This document shows positions 1 through 10,765 of a stretch of DNA of 20,000 bases, in pieces; position 1 is the first letter of the stretch, and each line of letters starts with the position of its first letter. This stretch comes from Halocafeteria seosinensis (taxonomy: Eukaryota): NCBI GenBank assembly GCA_001687465.1, contig LVLI01000314.1:115737-135736 (forward strand), written 5' to 3'. The translations under genes and the position numbers were made by a program. Below the pieces are notes generated by a model. It ran no database searches and was not told where the DNA came from. It saw only the letters and a list, made by a program, of their open reading frames with translations.

Positions 1-1381
1 AACAATTTAGGCAGAAGGATAGCAAACTTATTGTTAACCTCTAGTTTGGAATTCCCTGGGCGGAGATTTATCGGGACTGTAGTTTGTATATCCGAAAGAT
101 CTGTCCTACCCAAAAATCGGGATTTAAAGAAATTCCCCCAGCTACTCTTCCATCTTTCTGCCTTCGCTGGGTCCTTTGCGTTCCTCTTATCCACGTAGCT
201 CTTTAACGCAGTACCGAGAATGCCCACCAAAAGGTCATTTAAGGTAATTTTGTGTCCAGTCACCATGCTGAGGCACTCCTTTGCCGCAAGGCCTTCTCGC
301 ATTGGGAGGTTATCTATCCAGGCTATTTGACGGCGACCATTCAGAGAAGGGCCGTGAAGGAGTGACCGATCGGGCACAGTCAGAAAGTTAATAACGAAGT
401 AAAAAGGAGCCAACATGGCCCCTCGAAGAAGCCATTCCCAGTAAGGGATATTCAAACGTCGCTTTTTGGAGTTATTTCCATCTTGCTCCCGCTCTTGTTC
501 TATGGCAGGCGATTTATCCGCCAAGGCTTCCAACAATAGTCGGACAAGTGCAATACCATCAGCAAGTACATGGTGCGTTCGGATAAATATAGCAGAGCAC
601 ATTTCTCCCTTTTCATTGACGTAATGTTCCACCAGCTGCACTTGCCACAGAGGCTTGCGAGGGTCTAATGGTTTCTCCATCTCGCGTTCGACGTATCGTT
701 TCAGTTGATCTCTAGTCCATGGACTGTCATCGCTGCAAACACCAAAGATATGCTCACTCGAGTCAAATTTATCCCCCAATGACTTAAAGTAAGCAGAGAA
801 TCCTCGCTTAACGAGCACACTGGAGAACCTCGTATGTTGCGAAATCCACCTCTCCAAAACGAGGTCGCGAATCCGAGAGAACCCAATGGGTTCGACAGTA
901 ATGATGGAGTTTATAATCATCTGCAATCGAGTCAATGTCGATCTCAACACTCGCTTGGGGTCGGAATGTCTGGCGAACTTACATGATTGTTTTGATGAGC
1001 ATTCATCTCACTCCAGGCTAAATCCCCAGCGGTGAGCTTCTCCCACTTTTGCTCATCAAAGTCTTTTAAGCTTCCATTCCAAACGAAATCTAGAATCACA
1101 AAAATCTTATCACATATTTGAAGTGCTATGTACCACATCCCTGTATAGCCGATATAAAAGACCCAGACGGGAATTGCTATCCAAAGCAGCAGAAAATAGA
1201 ACAGTCTATTCACTCGAAAATCCTTCATTGCAGAGTCCATGCGCTCTCTCACGGCAGGTATCTCATCCTCCTCCGAAGACGGTACGTATGACTGGCTATC
1301 CTCCGAGGTCCCATTGTGAGTATATGGGTAATGGCGCTGCTGGGACTTTTGATGGCGTCTTCGACGGGGCGACCACGACAT
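1..1381 (-). CDS. Wax ester synthase / diacylglycerol O-acyltransferase (WS/DGAT family); 3' end lies beyond the left window edge
   Basis: ATG at 1381 (MSWSPRRR...). Intron 982-921 (GTAAGT...TTGCAG). The next exon reads through PLDPRKPLWQVQLVEHY...SAIFIRTHHVLADGIALVRLLL; HHVLADG at 575-555 is the HHxxxDG catalytic motif. An N-terminal hydrophobic segment is present (LFYFLLLWIAIPVWVFYIGYTGMWYIAL). Confidence 0.9.
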
Positions 1382-1773
1382 TGTTTTATAATGTTGTACC
1401 AGAAGATTAGAGCAATTCACCCCAACACATGTATACATACAGTCGTACATATCACAATCTGCTTTCCATCACATTCTAATGTGACAGGGAGTCGTCACAG
1501 TATGGAACATTGGAGATGGTCACGCCCCTCTTGTGAAGCTACTGATGGAATTTATTGAATAAGTGGTACGATCCTTGGTGAGTGCTATTGGTTCAGCGCT
1601 AAAAAGTAGCGGTATTGAAAAGACACGATTCATTTTAAGCTGTTGAGCGACAATTATACGCTCGGCTATGCCGATGTGCCTTGGTTGCATGCAACGTGCA
1701 ATCAACTTACAGACCTTCGGGACTTACCTAAATTCCTTGCTTCTTCTAGTCGGGAAGGATAGCTTTATTTGCC

Positions 1774-3921
1774 TTAATTTACAACGCCACTGTAACTCAC
1801 TGGGTATGTAACAGAGCGCACGACTCGTTGCACAGGAATCTGTTCCCTCCGTGGTCGCGGTTTTATGCAAAAGTCAACCGGCAACCCAAGTTTTACTCGG
1901 CCGAAATATGTTCCAGGGGGGCATTCTGGAGGTTGGTTGCTCTCGAAATCAAATGCTCCAGGATTCTCGGAAATAAACCTGTTGCACAAAACATATAGGA
2001 AGTATGCCTAGGAAGTAATACATATTGTACTCCTCCGTCTATACGCCCACCATGCTTACCTCCCAGCGAAGAACACTCTTCTGCGAAAATGAATACCCTC
2101 AAATATTCCGAATGGGAGATATTGCAACTTCATGTGTGCAAGATAGCTGTAAGGATAAATGTTGCTTGCTGTAGCTTAAGTGAAATTTCTACATATACAC
2201 TGCATTATAAACATACATTGACCTTAAGGAATCCCTGACCGGGTCAAACAATTTTAGTGAAAGTGATGGTCCGAGGGGATTGTATCCAATATTGCTGTTT
2301 AACCAGGTAGCAAAGAAAAATGCTGGCGTAAACCAGGTAAGCTTCAAGGAGAATACCATTTTGACTTACAGGGTTTCAAGGTTGTCTAATCCTCGGAACG
2401 ATGACTCCTCCACAGCGGTAATGTTGTTTCCGTCGAGGTTTCTGAAGAAATACTCACTAATGAAAACAGATACATACCGTCTGTAGTGGACTGAAATCCA
2501 CTGTTCTTACAATAATTCCAAGTCTCGCAACCCATAAAATGTTCCCTCATGCAAACTTCCTATCTCATTATTAGAAAGATAGCTGAGAGTAAACCCGTAC
2601 AGGTGGCTGGCTCTTCTGCTTAACCTTGTTCGGTTGCTAAATGGAGTACATACAGATGTAAGAGATTGTCTAATCCGTCGAAGGAGCTATTGGTCAGCTT
2701 GTGTAGCTGGTTACTTTGCATACTCCTGCATAGTCGACAAGCTAATGTCCAAATAATTCACAAGGAATGACAACTTTTTAGCACCGACAAGTACTCCAAA
2801 GACTCCAGATTTTGAAACGACGGCAGTTCTTCTATCTCATTGGAAAACAAGTACCTGATACGACACATGAAAGTGGGGGATTGAAACTGAGCGAACGCGA
2901 GCGAACCATAGTAACTTACAACTGCTCAAGATTTCTCAGTTCGGAGAAAATGAAATTTGGTAGTCGTCTAATACTATTAGATTGCAGTTGTCTGTCACGG
3001 ATCATGCTCAAGGAATATGGTGTGCCCCATGCATAATCCAACATTACGCGAATTGCTGGGCAACACTTACAAGCTCTCCAACATGTGTAGGCTGTCAAAT
3101 AGCCCCTCTGGAAGCTCTGTTAACCTATTGTTTTTCAGTTCTCTGAATTCCATACCATTGTCAACACATTCAACTCCGTCATATCTTTCATGATCGAGAT
3201 AATTGTCCTTCTGAGTTATCCCACGTGAGACAACTTACAGGTGCTTCAATTCCTTCAAGTCCTGAAATAAGTTTGGAGGTAGACTCGTGAGGTTTCCGCT
3301 CGCCAGACTTGTGTGCGGTTCATTGAAGTGGAGGATAGTGTATAATATCCCCAAATAGTGCGCAGTCTCTTCTTACAGATAGGTCAAGTTACAAAGTCCA
3401 TCAAAGCTTCCGTCGGGGATATGCCGCAAACTTTTAGCATGTAATCGGCTGCACGTATGTCACGATATCAACTAAACGCTGCAAATTGAGGTACGCACAA
3501 TGTCACCTACAGAGATGTAATCTCAGACTGATTTTGGAAAGTATCTTCACGTAGGGCTTCAACCGAGTCAAAAGCTAGATATTTGCGCAAGACAGGCAAC
3601 GGAGCCCAGGAGACTTCTTGATGTCCATATGGCATACGGTATTCTACGTATACTAAAATTGTCACCAACTTACACCTCTCCCTGGCAGTCACAGTTTACT
3701 AGAGTGTTCCTCCCACTAATGACTTCACATGAGCAACCTGAACAATTATGGCGCCGTAGAACATCTAGGCCGCAGTTTGAGTTGCTGAGTGTGCGAGCTC
3801 CGGCGTTCTCCTCCACTGTCAGCTGGATTAAGTTTTCAGATAAATCCAAGGGCTTGGACAACTGCGCGAGTATCGATCGAGCGGTTAGTACCACGGGAAC
3901 TAAGTAAAAGATGAGCTTCAT
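1774..3921 (-). CDS. Secreted leucine-rich-repeat protein (signal peptide + Cys-rich LRRNT-like cap + 11 LRRs + short Cys-containing C-terminus), one LRR per exon
   Basis: Exon 1 is 3921-3674 (MKLIFYLVPVVLTARSILAQ...NCSGCSCEVISGRNTLVNCDC). LRR exons: 3582-3511 YLAFDSVEALREDTFQNQSEITSL; 3448-3377 RLHAKSLRHIPDGSFDGLCNLTYL; 3310-3239 SLASGNLTSLPPNLFQDLKELKHL; 3142-3071 ELKNNRLTELPEGLFDSLHMLESL; 2991-2920 QLQSNSIRRLPNFIFSELRNLEQL; 2854-2789 YLFSNEIEELPSFQNLESLEYL; 2725-2654 SMQSNQLHKLTNSSFDGLDNLLHL; 2582-2511 YLSNNEIGSLHEGTFYGLRDLELL; 2441-2370 NLDGNNITAVEESSFRGLDNLETL; 2294-2217; 2146-2060. The terminal exon starts at 1978 (FISENPG...ECPPGTY...FC). Stop is at 1774, or at 1728 if the GTGAGT donor at 1800 is used. 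All 12 introns are phase 2. Confidence 0.9.
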
Positions 3922-4509
3922 TGCCTTTCGGCCATTCCTATCCTTCGAGGCATCCCACAGCACCGTGTTTAGTCTACTAGCCCGGACTTTGGGATCCCAG
4001 GACGGTAACATAGGGCAGTGGTAGTATTGTTGAGGGACAGCCGTACTGTTCGCATGCCGTATATTACTCATGTAACACACTATGATAGTAGCTGCTCCAA
4101 ATAATACCTGGTAGTTGATAGGTGTGCATTTCGGAGCAATAGTTATACACCAGCGGAGTTGAACCCCCGAGGAGTCACTCGCAGCGAAGCTCGTTGTGCA
4201 ATTAGAAATTGGTTACTTTCGGCCCATTCAATAATAATTCAACGTGGACAGTGCAAACCATCGGCTTAATTTCCCTGATGAGCTACCGTGCAACCGCGCG
4301 TACCGGCGCAGCATACTGCAGGGCTGATTCGCCGAAACACCCGAATGACAAAGACACACTGCTGTCGGTATGTTCCTTGTTCTCTCGCACAGTCCGGTTA
4401 AGTTTTTTGTTAGTTTAAACGTATCACAATTATTGAAAGTCTTCGTCCTATTGCGCTTGAAGCAAACGGACTTCCTGCAACTTGCGGCGCTGATCAACGG
4501 ACACCGGAG

Positions 4510-5172
4510 TTACAGCACACCCAGTCTAAAATAGTGGAGATCAACACTACTATTGGGCCTTACCGGCTCGTTACTGCTCCTTTGCCATGATTCATCTTGT
4601 TCTAAGCCACTATACTGTAGCACACGGAAATTCGAAGATAAAGCTTCACTGGCTCCAGTACTTTGGTGGAGACTGAAAGAGGCAGCTGAATTCAGCGTCC
4701 GGTCCACACACATACCCCCACCGCCATCCAAGTGAATGGGAGTATGAGCTGCAGGAATAAACTCTGATTTCCTTAGCTGCACCGTGGCGAATGCCCAGTC
4801 AACCAAGGACGGTATACCACCACTTTCTCCGACTGTGGATGACGCTTGCGGGGCTCCATGACCTGACAGTATTCTTTGCTCCATGTACTCGTGCGTTGCT
4901 TTCTTCCGCTTCTCTGCCACGCTTAGTTTGTCAATGCACAGATGCGGGATCTCTTTACGAACACACTCCTGCAAATTTGACGACCCATCATTTTTCTTGG
5001 AAGAATCGCTTACGTAGAGCTTCAAAACACGTACCGCACACGGTCTCCGCTGATCACACTTTATCTTACTGGCTGCACAAGGTTGGCAAGCTCTTCGCAA
5101 ACGCTTTCTGGATTCTCCACTGCTAGCTTTCTGGCTTTCTCCAACACTGTCCGATTCTCTGAAGGGTTCCAT
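4510..5172 (-). CDS. Zn(II)2Cys6 (GAL4-type) zinc-cluster transcription factor; 3' exon structure uncertain
   Basis: Removing intron 5034-4969 (GTACGT...TTGCAG, 66 nt) gives RKRLRRACQPCAASKIKCDQRRPCAECVRKEIPHLC, i.e. C-x2-C-x6-C-x5-C-x2-C-x8-C with a basic lead-in. Further possible donors (GTATGT near 4715, GTAAGG near 4563) leave the end ambiguous. Confidence 0.8.
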   Translation of the reverse strand: MEPFRESDSVGESQKASSGESRKRLRRACQPCAASKIKCDQRRPCAVRVLKLYVSDSSKKNDGSSNLQECVRKEIPHLCIDKLSVAEKRKKATHEYMEQRILSGHGAPQASSTVGESGGIPSLVDWAFATVQLRKSEFIPAAHTPIHLDGGGGMCVDRTLNSAASFSLHQSTGASEALSSNFRVLQYSGLEQDESWQRSSNEPVRPNSSVDLHYFRLGVL

Positions 5173-6108
5173 GCCGAATAAAGTGGTCTCCGCCTGTAAC
5201 TGTGCTGTACAGTGTAGATCGAGCTATCAGCTATCTCTATTCCGCAGGTGAAACTGTGTTTGGAAGAGCTTTCAACAACTGAATGGTTGTCAGAAGTTGC
5301 ACGTCATGTTCCTTTCCGAGGTTTGACACATAGTTTCATGAGTACTCTGGCAAGGGAAGAGTCTTCCCCACGCTTGATTGTCCGGGGAAGACCTAACACC
5401 TAACGGACCAATGGGCCAGCTGCCCCCTCCCTTAAATCCGTGTTCCACGCACTGAATTGCCTGTTTTCGTGCAGAAGCAGTCAAACAAGGAGGTGCAACT
5501 GAGTACTCCGTTCCATCAAAGTGGCACTGTCGGAACAATAGGGCAATACCTATTTGTCAACAGAATGAAGCTTGTAGGCTCGTAGGTATGGATTCAGCGT
5601 CCTGCAGATTACTCGCACGGTTACAATGGCCGATTCCTACGACCAATACTAAGAGATGGTTCAAATATATTCTAATATACAAGTCAATGTATCTACAATA
5701 CGTGTGTATGCCTATGTGTGGAGCTCACCTTTTTGTTTGAACGGAGTTGTTGGGATATATTCAACCCATGACTCACTCTTTCCGCAACCAATATAAGCGC
5801 TTACTGGTAAGGACCAACAACCAACGCAAGTACACAAAAGTGCCGCGCACCATAGAAGACACATAAGACATCAGAGAAAGAACGATGATCAATGATTTAG
5901 GTTCTCATTTTCAAGGGAGTTATAGATTAGCGAAGAGTCGAAGCCAAAGATTCCTCGGCCAGAGTGAAACCGTGGAACCGGTTTCGTGTGAGGATATGGG
6001 TCACGGTGATTGTGGTTCCCCTGGTTGAATACGTTAAGAAATTGCTTTCTATAATCTCGTATGAGACGAGAATGCTTGAATAATGTACAGCTTGTTAATG
6101 ACAAGGTG

Positions 6109-7796
6109 TCAAATTTTTGGCGGACTGTTGATTATGCTCCGATACCTGAGTTTAACATCTTCAACATCCTTGCGCAATTTCCACAGCTTATATGCTTTGG
6201 AAGGGCTGCTTCTATCACTAGAGAAACTGCTTCCTGACAAGCTTGTATTCCAAGCTGGCGATGCCACCGGGTTAGAGGTTGAAGACACACAGTTTGCTCG
6301 GGGTTCTTCCCTCGATTTGAAAACTCCTGGTGTTCTCTGTCTCTCCATCTTGCTTAATGTATTGATTGTGTCCTTACATTCAGTATAATCCTGAGATGCC
6401 GAGAAGTCGATAGCATCTAATGATGGCAAGATACTGACGCTCATCATTGTAGAATCGTGATCGGTAGAATGTGTCCACAGTCTTGACATGGTACTGGTGA
6501 TAGAACTAATGGTACTACTAGTTGAGACCGGTTCCGACGCTTGGGATATTTCCATTTCATCGACCTTGTCCGAAAATTTCAATGAAACAGAAACGTTATC
6601 AGTCTTCTCGCCACTATCCCTTGGTCCGTGCAGCCGAGATTTGCTCTTGGAATGTCTTCCACGCTCAAATTGAGGAGTTACCTCTTCTCCGAATGATAAT
6701 CGCTCAGATGCTGGTACCTGCATGTACTCACCCTGAGCCTGAGAAGGCCCGATGGGTGATATGGCCCAATCTTCCAGGACGCATTCCCCGTCTTCTTCCT
6801 GAGAAGGCGTAATTCTATGTGTGTCGCAGCCACTAGACTTTTGATTATAGGGCATGGGGGATCGTGGAGGCAGATGTTTTTTTCTTGTCCCTGGTGTCCT
6901 GTTTTCCTTCAGCTCCCCGCCTTCGTCTGTGTAGACTACTTCAGACTCGCCAACCCTTTGAGGCGACATGAATACTTGGGGCAACGAGGAGAATGGAGAT
7001 AGAAACACTTGCTTGCGTTCTTTCGGAGGTGTACCAAATAATTTTCTTTGAGTGTTTTGCGTTCCACCCCATGATTCTGCAATGCCTTCTTCAGTTCGCT
7101 GTGGGGTGCCTCGAGAACGCAACAAAACGTGTTTGTCTTGCTCAGTTTGCCCACGCCCCTCGGGAGTCTTCAATGTAGATATTGAATGCTTCCCGTTACC
7201 AAAATAGCTAACATCATCTTTATCCCCTTCGTACGATATACTGAAGTCAATGTTGTCTTCGTTTTCTTCCTGTGATATCAAGGACATTCCAAAGTGACGT
7301 TTAACGGTGGGAAGCGAACACGCCAGCCTACATACCTCCGAAAATGTTTCTGCTCTTAGTTCTGCGATTTCCTCAATACTGAGATTTAAATTTTCAGGGG
7401 GAACTGCGAGGCGATACAAATGACTCGAACAATTAGTACAACATGCGCACACAGACGGATGGCATCCTTACTGTCACGTGGAGTTCCATCACTCGTCTCC
7501 TCTTGAAATGCGCGATCAAAGTCGGGAAAGTTGACTTTTTGCTGCCTCGCTACTTTGAACGGATGCTGCACATATTTTCCAGAGGATCGATGCCTCTTGT
7601 CATCGTGGGAGGCGTCGGTATGTCCCGCCAAAGTGTTGTCATTCAAATGGGATCGAACCGTCGCCGTTCTTCCCGACGACGAAGTTATTTGCTGATGCTG
7701 CCCTTCCATATCATCGCCTTTAACTACAGCTTTTATCCGCGACACATGCAGTTCCATACTACTGCAAGTATCCAAAAATTTGGCCTGACATATCAT
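6109..7796 (-). CDS. Hypothetical Ser/Glu/Pro-rich, probably largely disordered protein (2 exons)
   Basis: ORFs 7386-7796 and 6109-7452 join in frame through intron 7471-7404 (GTAAGG...TACTAAT branch...TCGCAG; ...PRD-I-PPENL). The second exon is about 1.3 kb of open frame with many SP/TP sites. No domain recognised; start codon uncertain. Confidence 0.7.
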
Positions 7797-7938
7797 ACTG
7801 AGACACTTAAGACGCTTCGATCAGCAAGCGTTAAGCTGGAGACGTCAATCTTTTCGTCTATTTAATAACTTCAACTTCTTCAGCAGTGATTTTGCAAGCA
7901 AAACATGGTCATACAACAGTATAGATGGCCTAGGAACC

Positions 7939-10765
7939 ATGATACTCGTTCTCCGAAAGTGGATCCCCACCACTGTTGTGGTGGCGGTATGCTGCTGTGG
8001 ATGTTACATGCTGATGATGGTAAGAACTGCCAATGCCACAGCGACTTCACTCTCAGCTAAAACGACTCAAAACCAGAAACATAGCCATGACGAGCAACCT
8101 ACGGCACCTCACTCTGAGGAGCGAGTTGCATCAGTAAGAGAAGAAACCGATGCATCCAGTACCTCAGGCGCTCATCGAAGTAGCAGTCGGAGCAACTTGG
8201 ATAAACAGCATCAAACAACACATCTTCAAAAGGAAGCGTCCAGTTCTTCCCCAATGGGGGACCAACTCCATGACGGTGAAGTCCCGCCAGAATTTTGGCA
8301 GTCAACTTTTGCTCAACTCATGGAGGCTATGCATTTGCATTATGACGGCTCCGAGACCGAACAAAGGAAACGGAAACGACCACGGACGGCTGCTAGTCAG
8401 TTGTTTACGGAGCAACAAGTTCAACAGGATCCTGCTGTACTCGCGAGGAACCTTGAACTAAAGGTGAGAGAGAGAGAGAGAGAGAGAGAAGATCCATAGC
8501 ACTTGACGAACAATTTGCATGCATGCTGTTTTCCTCGAATATGCCGCAGGAAGATGAATCGTTGTCGATCAGAATCCAGTTGAACATTGGAACACTCCTA
8601 TCCATCGCAGTCCTACTTGCACTTTCTTTCCTCGGAGGAGTTTATGTTATCAAACTGTGCACGAAACCACGGTGTAATTGTCCTTTATGTGATGGGGAAT
8701 ACGAAGTAGTCAAGCGTCTAGGGTAAGTGCTGTTCATCTTCTTCACCCCCCCTTGCCGATCTGGGGAGTACATTCGTGGGGTTTCAACATTCAGAACGGG
8801 CGGATTTGGCACTGTATTCAAAGTGAAAGTAGCTCAACAAGAATTCGCGCCCTCGGGAGCAAGAGCTGACTCCGCCAAAGCTTCTTTCGGGTCGTCGGAC
8901 TTTGACGAAGAAACTACGTTTGGCTCGTCGACGAACGCAGACAGAGGTAGCTCAACCAGAAGAGACGAAGAATATGTTCTGAAGCAAATTCCGGTAACTG
9001 ATTTCAACGATGCGTCGATAGCTCAAGCTGAGGCGAGAGAGTTGCGCGCCTTGGACCACCCTAGGATTGTACGATACGAGGACGACTTTCTGCATTTTAC
9101 GACAGGTACGTGTGATGGGATCCTTGACTCGAAAACCATTGTGCCAGTAGAGTGTTTGAATTATCTTCTGACAGAACTCACCGGGAACGAGAAGCAGCTG
9201 TATGTTTGCATCGTAATGGAATCCTGCGCGATGGATATGAAAAAGCTGATAGAGCGTGTCCGCACAAAGTGTCCGGTGTGGCAGTCGACGAAGCACAAAG
9301 ATTTCGACAGTTACCTAGAACACCATCACAACTCCTCTTGCTCTATACCAGAGACTGTAGTTTTGCGCATAATCGGTCAGATTGCTGAAGGACTCCAATA
9401 CTGCCATGGCAAAGGAATCATTCATCGAGGTAAGCATTTTTGAGAGACCTCGGGTTCGACTCGAGCTTCTGGAATCATTCCAAGGGACACCGTTTCTGCT
9501 TCTCAGATGTAAAAAGTCAAAATGCTTTCTTGACACCATTTGGTGGCATACGATTGGGAGATTTTGGACTCGCCAGGCAAGTCCGCAGCCCTTTCACAGT
9601 GTTTACAGATGCCGGTACAGACTGCTGTATGTAGTGTTTGCACTTCTCCAGAGTCCGAATGTGTACTTATGGATGTTCTTGCCTTGGTTGCAGACAAAGC
9701 ACCTGAGATGCTTCTTGGAGGCAAGAGGGATGGCAGAGCAGCTGATATTTGGGCACTTGGACTTGTCATTTTCGAAATTGTTACTCTTTCCTTTGTTTGG
9801 GAGCGACAACCCTCGGGCATTGCAGGAGATGTTCTCAGTACGCGTTACCAACAAAACTGATTGACTTCCATTCATGATTCAGACTGTACTGCGATCTTGA
9901 TCTTGCAGATAGGGGCGATAAGGCTGTCCAGGAGTTCCTGTCTCCCGTGTCTCCCAGCTACTCTCCAGTTATACGAAAGCTGATGAGAAAGTGCCTCGCA
10001 AGTGACCCAAAGAAGCGTCCGAGTCCCAAAGATGTACGGTTCTGTATAGCAAACGATTGATATAACACGTAAACAGACTCCCTTTCTTCCAGATACTGAG
10101 ACTACGAGCTATCCGGAAAGCAATGTCATTGTCTGCCGGAAACCGACAAGGAAGGCGACCTTCCGTGGATTCACAACCTAGTCAAACTCAACAAGAGGGA
10201 ACATCGCGTAGGTGGAATGCTATTGTTGTTATCTCTGTTCTTCTTGATTTTTGCATGGTTTGCAGCCCGTAGTTCTTCTTCTACGTCCAATGGCTCCGGA
10301 GACTCAGGAGAAACACCTATGTACAACTATTTCGGATGGGACCCCTCTAGGGATGTCACCAAGAACCTGAAGTTTAATGAAGCTGTACGGGAGCTTCCTT
10401 TTGACGAAGCAGCTGCAGATGGAGGTATTTTTGCTGGGTTTGGCTCGTTCCTTGATGATGTACAATATGCGGCGTCCGAAAGCAGTAGCGATGACGATGA
10501 GCCCCTTGACGATGTGAAGCATAACCCTAACGCTGTTGAAGGCCGTCGAACAGGCAGTGGAGTTGATAGTCTTAATGAAAGAGAACAAGGAACTGCACCT
10601 CAGAGAAGTGAATACCATTCAGTACACGCGGAAGAAAAGAGGAGTGGTCCAATAGTAGTAGTTGCTCCTCATAACGGGACGAATGAGGACAGTGTAGAGT
10701 CAGATTGGGTTCAGGTGCAAAAGAAGAAGGCGAAGAAGAAAAAGAGAGGTAAAAATGGCAAATAG
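7939..10765 (+). CDS. Ser/Thr protein kinase (NEK/NIMA-like catalytic domain) with predicted signal peptide and single transmembrane helix
   Basis: Nine exons; introns 8464-8549, 8723-8794, 9106-9174, 9430-9506, 9627-9693, 9838-9908, 10034-10092, 10208-10265, all GT-AG and frame-consistent. Spliced motifs: LGTGGFGTVFKV, YVLKQI, EARELRALDHPRIVRY, IIHRDVKSQNAFL, LGDFGLAR, GTDCYKAPE, DIWALG, DPKKRPS. The TM segment IGTLLSIAVLLALSFLGGVYVI precedes the kinase. Confidence 0.92.
8466..8489 (+). repeat. (GA)12 microsatellite directly after the GT donor of kinase intron 1
   Basis: AAG|GT(GA)12 read directly from the sequence. Confidence 0.95.

Noticed and set aside
3922..4500. Upstream extension of LRR exon 1 and ORFs 4209-4418 and 4228-4497
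   Set aside because: The signal peptide starts at ATG 3921, and I found no frame-consistent splice path linking the Zn-cluster gene to the LRR gene; treated as UTR or intergenic.
5200..6104. Short ORFs (5290-5538, 5889-6104, and a ~51-codon plus-strand frame after a CAG at about 5247)
   Set aside because: No motifs and no consistent exon chain; no tRNA or snRNA pattern recognised.
10217..10265. Apparent signal peptide MLLLLSLFFLIFAWF of ORF 10217-10765 as a separate secreted protein
   Set aside because: It is the pyrimidine-rich interior of kinase intron 8 (10208-10265); the rest of the ORF is the kinase's last exon.
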